DNA of 64,000 nt. Origin: an uncultured Gammaproteobacteria bacterium. GTDB taxonomy: Bacteria > Patescibacteriota > Microgenomatia > CAYXHB01 > CAZYTL01. Every line of letters starts with the position of its first letter. Position 1 is the stretch's first letter. The notes below the pieces were generated by a model that was given only the letters and a program-made list of their open reading frames with translations, ran no database searches and was not told the DNA's origin. Below are positions 58,091 to 64,000 of this stretch, one piece after another. The DNA lies in NCBI GenBank assembly GCA_964650355.1, contig CAZYTL010000001.1, forward strand, positions 85,552-149,551, in the 5' to 3' direction. The position numbers and the translations under genes were made by a program.

Positions 58091-59572
58091 ATGAAGGCTA
58101 TCAGCGGGATTAAAATCCTTGTCGGAGTATCTCTGATCTTCATTGCCTGGCGCTATCGCATCCGCCAATACAATATCATTCCCAAAGTCGACAGCACCTT
58201 TGACGAACAAGCCTATCTCTGGGCTGGTGAAAGCCTGTTGCAATCAGGAGTGCCTATTGGTTGGTCGATTCTGGATCTTTACTTTGAGCCCCCTTATTCC
58301 TTGCCAGGTGAGTCTGAAATTTCTCTGAGCGGTTATACATTGACAGTCAACGGCCAGCCTCGGACTTTGGCTAACTGGCGGCAATGGCCTCAAACTCTGG
58401 CCACCAAACAGGAAGTGGATATCGATGGCTATAAATCGCAGTTTAAAATTATCCAGCCATTCCTGGAGAATCCGCCTTTGACCGGTTTGCTGTTAGCTGT
58501 AGTACATACCGGCGATCAATTACTCTCCACTTCAGTTAAACAAATTCGGCTGGTACCTATCACTTTCACTAGCCTGACTGCCGGAGGCGTCTATTGGTTA
58601 GCTTATTTGCTTGGTGGGTTAGGTCCAGGCTTAATCGCTGGCCTGATATATGCTCTTAGTCCGGGTATGGTTGTTTCCGGCAGACTGGCCATCCCAGAGA
58701 ACTTGATTGCCAGCCTACTTGTTTTTACTTTAATAGCTTTATATTACTATCTAAAACGCCCTCGGCGTTTGCTTCTCTGGCTGTTGCTCATCCCTGCCTT
58801 TCTTGCGCCGTTACTGAAGATTTCCGGGTTGATCATCCCCGGCACCGTGAGCGTCATCTTATTCAGACAAAAGAAGTTCCGTCCGGCCATCTACGTGGTT
58901 ATCAGCTCTTTATTAGGAATAATTACTTATTTCGCCTATGGCCTGTTCTATGATGCGCAAGTATTTATTGCCATTCTCCAAGCCCAAGGCCAGCGCAAAT
59001 TCCTTGGCCCCATGAGTCTGGCCGTCAAAGCTTTGTTCCCTCAAATCCCGCTTCCCATGTACGAAGGCTGGATTCTGTTAGGCTACTTATCAATCCTCTG
59101 GCTAATCGGCCGGCGGATTAAAAACGCCCACTTAATCATTACCGGAGTCATTATTCACTGGATCTTTTTCGGACTTTACGGGGGTAGTTTTCCCTGGTAT
59201 CAATTTATTGCCTTCCCTTTGTTGGCAGTCGCCGGTGGTTTAACCCTCAATCATTTTTTTCGGAAACCCCAAATCTATTTCAACATCTTTGTATTTATCA
59301 TTACCTTTTCCACGTTAATGCACTACGCCTATTTAAGATCGGGTCTTCAATGGAATGACCTTATTAACCAATATAGATTATTTATCGGAATATTAATTAT
59401 CATTCCCTTAGTCGCCTGGATATTCAGAAAAGGTAGCCGCCTGCTAACCCAATTAAGCCTGTCCGTCATCCTTCTTAGTTCATTTTATTTCAGTATCCAA
59501 ATCATTAACCGCATGCAGGAGTTGTGGGTCATCCTTGAAAATCTGCCCTATCCGCTTACCTGGGTGCCTTAA
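58091..59572 (+). CDS. GT-C fold membrane glycosyltransferase (PMT/ArnT-like), second copy in window
   Basis: Polytopic, with a DEQAY acidic motif in the first loop. Confidence 0.55.
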   Translation: MKAISGIKILVGVSLIFIAWRYRIRQYNIIPKVDSTFDEQAYLWAGESLLQSGVPIGWSILDLYFEPPYSLPGESEISLSGYTLTVNGQPRTLANWRQWPQTLATKQEVDIDGYKSQFKIIQPFLENPPLTGLLLAVVHTGDQLLSTSVKQIRLVPITFTSLTAGGVYWLAYLLGGLGPGLIAGLIYALSPGMVVSGRLAIPENLIASLLVFTLIALYYYLKRPRRLLLWLLLIPAFLAPLLKISGLIIPGTVSVILFRQKKFRPAIYVVISSLLGIITYFAYGLFYDAQVFIAILQAQGQRKFLGPMSLAVKALFPQIPLPMYEGWILLGYLSILWLIGRRIKNAHLIITGVIIHWIFFGLYGGSFPWYQFIAFPLLAVAGGLTLNHFFRKPQIYFNIFVFIITFSTLMHYAYLRSGLQWNDLINQYRLFIGILIIIPLVAWIFRKGSRLLTQLSLSVILLSSFYFSIQIINRMQELWVILENLPYPLTWVP

Positions 59573-59579
59573 AAAGAAA

Positions 59580-59608
59580 AGCCGGGTGCTGGGTCACCCG
59601 GCTTTAAA
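59580..59608. terminator. Bidirectional hairpin terminator between convergent genes
   Basis: agccgggtg-ctgggt-cacccggct flanked by A-run (5') and T-rich (3'). Confidence 0.65.
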
Positions 59609-60811
59609 TCACTCTCTGCTTTGCTCCTCAGAGGTTTGATACATTCCTGGGTTAGTGGCTGTGAAGATTGCCAAAAGGGGTAGCAATCCACCTACCATTA
59701 AAGCTATGCTGAGCGATTTGTCCGCCAGCATCCCCATAAGCGGATTTAGAATTATCAGTGGGACCTTGTGGGCCATCGCCACAAAAGAAAGCATCGTGGC
59801 TCTCTCGTTTTCGGGAATATGCACATTTACGTGTGTGGCGATCAACTCCCGTCTGGTCAATCCCACGCCACCGGCTAACACTAGAAAACACGCAATAGTT
59901 AACAGGCTGGGATATAAAGCCGTAATCCCAAAACCCACTGCTGTTACAATTGCCGATACCCGTAAATACCGGTGGGTGGAACGAAACAATTTCTCAGAGA
60001 ACGGGAACAGCAAAGCTACCAGTACTTCTATGACCACCAGACCACCGTGTATCCAACCATAGTACTCTATACCTACCCCCTGGGACTTTAATAACGGCTG
60101 ATATAACCAGATTACATAATAAGCTCCTGTAGCTACCAGAATTGAGTCGATCGCCATCCATTTGATAGCTCTATTTTTCCACACGTATCTACCCCCTTTC
60201 TTGGCTATCGTTAGCCATCTTTTACTCTCACTTATCTGGTTTCTTCTCGGCGGTTCTTTAATACTCCAACAGGTGACTGCTGCCAAGAAGAAAGGTATAG
60301 ACGACAGATACATCGGAGCATTGATGCTGATGTGAGAGGCTATTATCCCGCCTATCGGGGCAGAGATCGCCATCGCCGCAAATTTGACTGCATAAGCCCT
60401 TCCGAAGATTTTTGTTCTTTTAGCTTCTAGGTTTGCCGACCTTAAGGTGTCGTAAAGGAGGGCGTTATCTGCACCAGAGGTCAGAGCCAAACCCATGGCA
60501 AACAAAAATTCTCCTAGCAAAAACACCTCAAATTTGGGAAAGCTTCCGTAAACCACGGTAGCCATACTTACCACCAAGGCTCCTAATGCTACCGAATGTT
60601 TCCGGCCAAAGTAGTCAGCCACTACTCCAGTGGGAACCTCCAGTACAAAAGCCCAAAACATGAACCAGGACTGTAGAAAGTAAGCGTGAAACAATCCCAG
60701 TCCTGCCCAGTCTGTGAATAACGGCGTGAGCACAGCCGCAAACAAACTGGCATTTTTAAAAAACACATACAGGTAGTATTTAATTAAAGTGTTTCTGAAA
60801 GTGGTATTCAT
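59609..60811 (-). CDS. MFS transporter (12 TM)
   Basis: Hydrophobicity pattern and GRK/ADKS loop motifs. Good SD (aaggagacagatcATG). Confidence 0.8.
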   Translation of the reverse strand: MNTTFRNTLIKYYLYVFFKNASLFAAVLTPLFTDWAGLGLFHAYFLQSWFMFWAFVLEVPTGVVADYFGRKHSVALGALVVSMATVVYGSFPKFEVFLLGEFLFAMGLALTSGADNALLYDTLRSANLEAKRTKIFGRAYAVKFAAMAISAPIGGIIASHISINAPMYLSSIPFFLAAVTCWSIKEPPRRNQISESKRWLTIAKKGGRYVWKNRAIKWMAIDSILVATGAYYVIWLYQPLLKSQGVGIEYYGWIHGGLVVIEVLVALLFPFSEKLFRSTHRYLRVSAIVTAVGFGITALYPSLLTIACFLVLAGGVGLTRRELIATHVNVHIPENERATMLSFVAMAHKVPLIILNPLMGMLADKSLSIALMVGGLLPLLAIFTATNPGMYQTSEEQSRE

Positions 60812-61021
60812 GATCTGTCTCCTTTCTTTAATGTTTGTTAAAGTGCCCGGCTAATAACGGATATTCCCAGATCCGTAGATCACCCGATCCTGAGCGAATC
60901 AGAATTAGTGATTTGTTTAGCCGGGTAAACCTCCGAGAAAAGGATTATTAAAAATTATTAACATTGCTTATCTGTGATAAATTTCTCTAGTTTAATTAGT
61001 TAATTTTCATGCTTTGCCATT

Positions 61022-61160
61022 AAAAAAGCCTCCTTTTCGGAGGCTGTGTCGGGAAAACAAATGTGATTGAATTATTAACTTCCACCCACGACTACAACCT
61101 CCATGGCCGGGTTAGCATCGACAGAGTCGATAGCTCCAGCGAAAAGCATGGAGGTTTTGG
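61022..61160 (-). promoter_or_regulatory. Leader attenuator (4th copy): AGCCUCC/GGAGGCU hairpin + U-run, upstream GGAGGUUGU copy, 6-codon uORF
   Basis: Minus strand: ggccatGGAGGTTGTag (61119-05) ... gaCACAGCCTCCgaaaaGGAGGCTtttttaATGGCAAAGCATGAAAATTAA. Promoter TTGACT-N17-TAAAAT at 61288-61260. Confidence 0.5.
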
Positions 61161-61295
61161 GATATTGTTGCCAGCAACGTTGTCTTTCCATAAACTACTT
61201 TAAGAGTCGAAATAGTTATTTATACAGCAGAAGCTATGCTCCAATCCGTATATTGGTATATTTTATCCCATAAGTTAAATTAAGTCAAAAAACCG

Positions 61296-61856
61296 TTACC
61301 AATCTCCCTGTCCAATGTCCAACAATTCATTTGATTTCAGAATTCGGTTTAAAATTTGAGGCGTACAAATCGGAGCCATCATCACGTCCTTGGCTTTGGT
61401 AGTGTGCAGATTATTGTTAACGTCACGATATTGGTAGGCTTTATGAACGGCTGTGAACCCTACATGACCGTACAACTTCGCCCCTCGTTTTACATTTGTT
61501 TGCAATAAGCCAATATCGCATTTCTCCCTTCTCAAGATCTTCATCGCCTCCTTTAACAATCTGCCCGCCATCTTTCTACCTCTCTGGTTTTTTCTAGTAC
61601 ACACGTCTCCTATGCCCCCGATTATCATTTGCTGGTTATCAAAGACGGTGGGACGTTTAATTATTCTCAGGTAAGAAACTAACTCATTATCTGAGTAGAG
61701 TAACAAATGTCTAAAAGTAGGTGAGAAATACAAATTTTTTCGCTCTTGTTCAAACTTCTCGACATTAACCTCAAAACAATTCACGATCATCTCGTTGATC
61801 TCTTCTCTTAACTGATCAATAACCTGGGAATCTTTAAGAACTTTTATCTTTAGCAT
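61296..61856 (-). CDS. GNAT family N-acetyltransferase
   Basis: Motif A IGGIGDVCTRKNQRGRKMAGRLL (Q/R-x-x-G-x-G/A). Confidence 0.7.
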   Translation of the reverse strand: MLKIKVLKDSQVIDQLREEINEMIVNCFEVNVEKFEQERKNLYFSPTFRHLLLYSDNELVSYLRIIKRPTVFDNQQMIIGGIGDVCTRKNQRGRKMAGRLLKEAMKILRREKCDIGLLQTNVKRGAKLYGHVGFTAVHKAYQYRDVNNNLHTTKAKDVMMAPICTPQILNRILKSNELLDIGQGDW

Positions 61857-61911
61857 ATCTTTTTAATAAGCCATAATTCCCCTCACTTAAAGTCTATTAT
61901 AAAATAAGCCC

Positions 61912-62358
61912 ATGCTTTATACCCGAAAACCTAAAAATTTCGTACCCGATTTTGAAGCAGTCTGCTGTTATTGTTTTTCAGATGGAAAAATCTTACTGCT
62001 AAAGCGACAATCAAGTAAATACCAAGGATTGCATTGGGGACCACCGGCTGGAAAAGTTAATTCAAACGAACCCATAACAGATGCCATTATCAGAGAAATT
62101 AGAGAAGAAACGGGCTTAAGCATTAACCAAATAAAAATAAAATATATTACTTGCTATTATGTACGCCAATCAAAGATGAATTATAACTATCATGTCTTTA
62201 TTACACAGGTTGAATCTAAGCCCCAAATAATTTTATCGACCAGTGAACATTGCAAGTACCGATGGATTTCGCCCCAGAAAGCACTTCAGTTAGATTTATT
62301 TGAGGACGAAGACCAAAGTCTAATGTTGACTTTCAATTTAAACAACCAGCATGCATGA
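61912..62358 (+). CDS. NUDIX hydrolase
   Basis: Nudix box GKVNSNEPITDAIIREIREETGL. Confidence 0.8.
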   Translation: MLYTRKPKNFVPDFEAVCCYCFSDGKILLLKRQSSKYQGLHWGPPAGKVNSNEPITDAIIREIREETGLSINQIKIKYITCYYVRQSKMNYNYHVFITQVESKPQIILSTSEHCKYRWISPQKALQLDLFEDEDQSLMLTFNLNNQHA

Positions 62359-63385
62359 CTACTTCTCTACCTTTATTAGTGGTTTTCAAGGCGTGATCGC
62401 ACAAGCATTGGAAGAAAAATTGCCTGATGCGACCATCAAACGATTATTGGATGGGTTAGTTACCTACCAAACATCTGCTTCTGCAAACCAGATTTCCAAG
62501 CTGCGATTTTTTAACAACAGCTTCATCCTAATTCATCAAATTAACTTTCAGAATGAAACCAACCCTCCACTGCTAATAAAACAGCTCTTAAAAGAGTTTG
62601 ATTTCGACTCTCTTAATTCAAATCTTGATTCTCAAAACAAAAAATTCAAAATAGTCGTTTCTCAAGAAAATCAATTTGTAGCCGTCAACAAAAATTTACT
62701 CACTAAATTGGAAACTCGTATCCAACAATTTACCCGACTGCGGGTTAACCCTTCTCGTCCGGAAATGGAATTTTGGTTGCTAATTAGGAGTGAAAATCTG
62801 GCCCTATTCGGAATCAGAATTACCAAAAGTGTCAGTTCGCGAAGAATTATGCATCAAGGAGAACTACGTCCCGAACTGGCCCATCTGTTATGCTTCATTT
62901 CTCAGCCACAAATAAAAGATGTGGTGCTTGACCCCTTTTGCGGCTCCGGTTCTATAATTATCGAACGAGCTAAGCATTTTCCTTATACCAAAGTTTACGC
63001 CAGTGATCAGGATCCTCGATTAGTTAAAAATCTTAAAATAAAATTGCAAAAATTTCCTCACCTTGAGATCAAGCCACAAAACGCTCTGCAGCTTACCAAA
63101 ATCCGCTCCAATACAGTTAATAAAATCATCACCGATCCGCCCTGGGGAATGTACCGGAAACTCACGAATCCGGAAAAATTTTACACCCAGATGCTTGATC
63201 AGTTTCATCGCGTATTAACCAAAGATGGGTTAGTCGTTATCCTTACAGGCGCCAAAAATGAATTCGAGATAGCTTTAAAAAAGAGTAGTCACTTCAAATT
63301 ATCTAATACATACCACATTCTCGTTTCGGGCAAAAAAGCCGGAGTCTACAAATTGAATAAAGTACCAAATAAAGCACTCCCATAA
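62351..63385 (+). CDS. Putative SAM-dependent RNA methyltransferase (THUMP-like N-terminus; DPPW catalytic motif)
   Basis: Motif I VLDPFCGSGS, motif IV ITDPPWG. Confidence 0.65.
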   Translation: MHDYFSTFISGFQGVIAQALEEKLPDATIKRLLDGLVTYQTSASANQISKLRFFNNSFILIHQINFQNETNPPLLIKQLLKEFDFDSLNSNLDSQNKKFKIVVSQENQFVAVNKNLLTKLETRIQQFTRLRVNPSRPEMEFWLLIRSENLALFGIRITKSVSSRRIMHQGELRPELAHLLCFISQPQIKDVVLDPFCGSGSIIIERAKHFPYTKVYASDQDPRLVKNLKIKLQKFPHLEIKPQNALQLTKIRSNTVNKIITDPPWGMYRKLTNPEKFYTQMLDQFHRVLTKDGLVVILTGAKNEFEIALKKSSHFKLSNTYHILVSGKKAGVYKLNKVPNKALP

Positions 63386-63465
63386 ATTGTTATTATTCGT
63401 GGAAAAATTATTAATCGTGTGGATTAGGAATTCCCAATTCGGCTGAATCGTATATACTAAAGATT

Positions 63466-63996
63466 ATGAAATCGGCTTTAATTCTTCATGCTTGGTTGAA
63501 TGGTCCGGACACCCATTGGTACCCGTGGTTGAAAACCGTACTGGAAAATAAAAAATATCAAGTTTACCTTCCCGTAATTCCTACCATGCAGACCAAACTA
63601 CCAAGTTTGAAGAAACAAATGAATTTTATTACCAAGCACATCCCCGTAGACGAAAATTTAGTAGTCATTGGCCACAGTCTAGGAGCCTTGTTAGGAATGA
63701 GATTAGCTGAAAGATACAGGTTTAACAAACTTTTTCTTGTGGCGGGATGGGATTTTAATGATTTGACGGTAGAGCACCGTTTATTTTGGCAGAATCGAAT
63801 TAATCATCAAAGAATTAAACAACACGTTAAACAAATATATTGCGTTTCGTCAGACAATGACCCTTATTATACTGCCTGTCTAGCAAATGAGATGTGTAAC
63901 AGGTTAAGTGGTAAATTTATTCTGATCAAAGGGGCTGGCCACTTCACGACCAAATACGGGATTACTCAACTTCCGGAAATTCTAAAGTACCTTTAA
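63466..63996 (+). CDS. Alpha/beta hydrolase (YdeN/RBBP9-like serine hydrolase)
   Basis: GHSLGA nucleophile elbow, later D and H (GAGHF). Confidence 0.65.
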   Translation: MKSALILHAWLNGPDTHWYPWLKTVLENKKYQVYLPVIPTMQTKLPSLKKQMNFITKHIPVDENLVVIGHSLGALLGMRLAERYRFNKLFLVAGWDFNDLTVEHRLFWQNRINHQRIKQHVKQIYCVSSDNDPYYTACLANEMCNRLSGKFILIKGAGHFTTKYGITQLPEILKYL

Positions 63997-64000
63997 TCAT

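Noticed and set aside
61000-61020. 6-codon ORF MAKHEN with perfect SD spacing
   Set aside because: Too short to call a gene. Interpreted instead as a possible leader uORF of the attenuator upstream of the MFS gene.
1-64000. CRISPR arrays, transposases, integrases, rRNA genes
   Set aside because: No regularly spaced direct repeats, DDE or tyrosine-recombinase motifs, or rRNA-like conserved blocks were seen in the sequence or the ORF translations.

Overview
This 64 kb window looks like a small, moderately AT-rich bacterial genome with compact operons, weak Shine-Dalgarno sites, many glycosyltransferases and a PolX gene. I cannot confirm the suspected Patescibacteria/CPR-like origin from sequence alone. 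Everything below rests on motif-level recognition; no database search was possible.

Housekeeping blocks:
- a gatC-gatA-(class IIb Asp/Asn-tRNA synthetase)-gatB operon
- polX, maf, lemA-htpX and uppP
- an OmpR/histidine-kinase pair
- a HlyD/ABC/FtsX exporter and a marR-emrA-like-emrB-like efflux operon
- tRNA-Gly(CCC), tRNA-Asp(GTC) and tRNA-Gln(TTG)

Accessory material:
- a glycosylation locus at 1..5682 (GT4, Nudix, duplicated small membrane genes, GT4, GT-C, GT2)
- two small islands, each directly downstream of a tRNA and beginning with a YhbQ-type GIY-YIG nuclease gene. One carries a HEPN-motif protein plus a translationally coupled micro-ORF; the other carries an HNH-domain protein.
- a roughly 11 kb island (22621..33999) that is the most interesting object. 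It has three operons encoding a GCS2-like carboxylate-amine ligase, two M24 paralogs, an M20 peptidase, an HExxH protein and five orphan proteins. Each operon is preceded by the same leader design: a CCUCC/GGAGG hairpin plus U-run, with an upstream copy of the 3' arm able to form an antiterminator. A fourth copy sits upstream of an MFS transporter.

No CRISPR array, transposase or integrase was seen.
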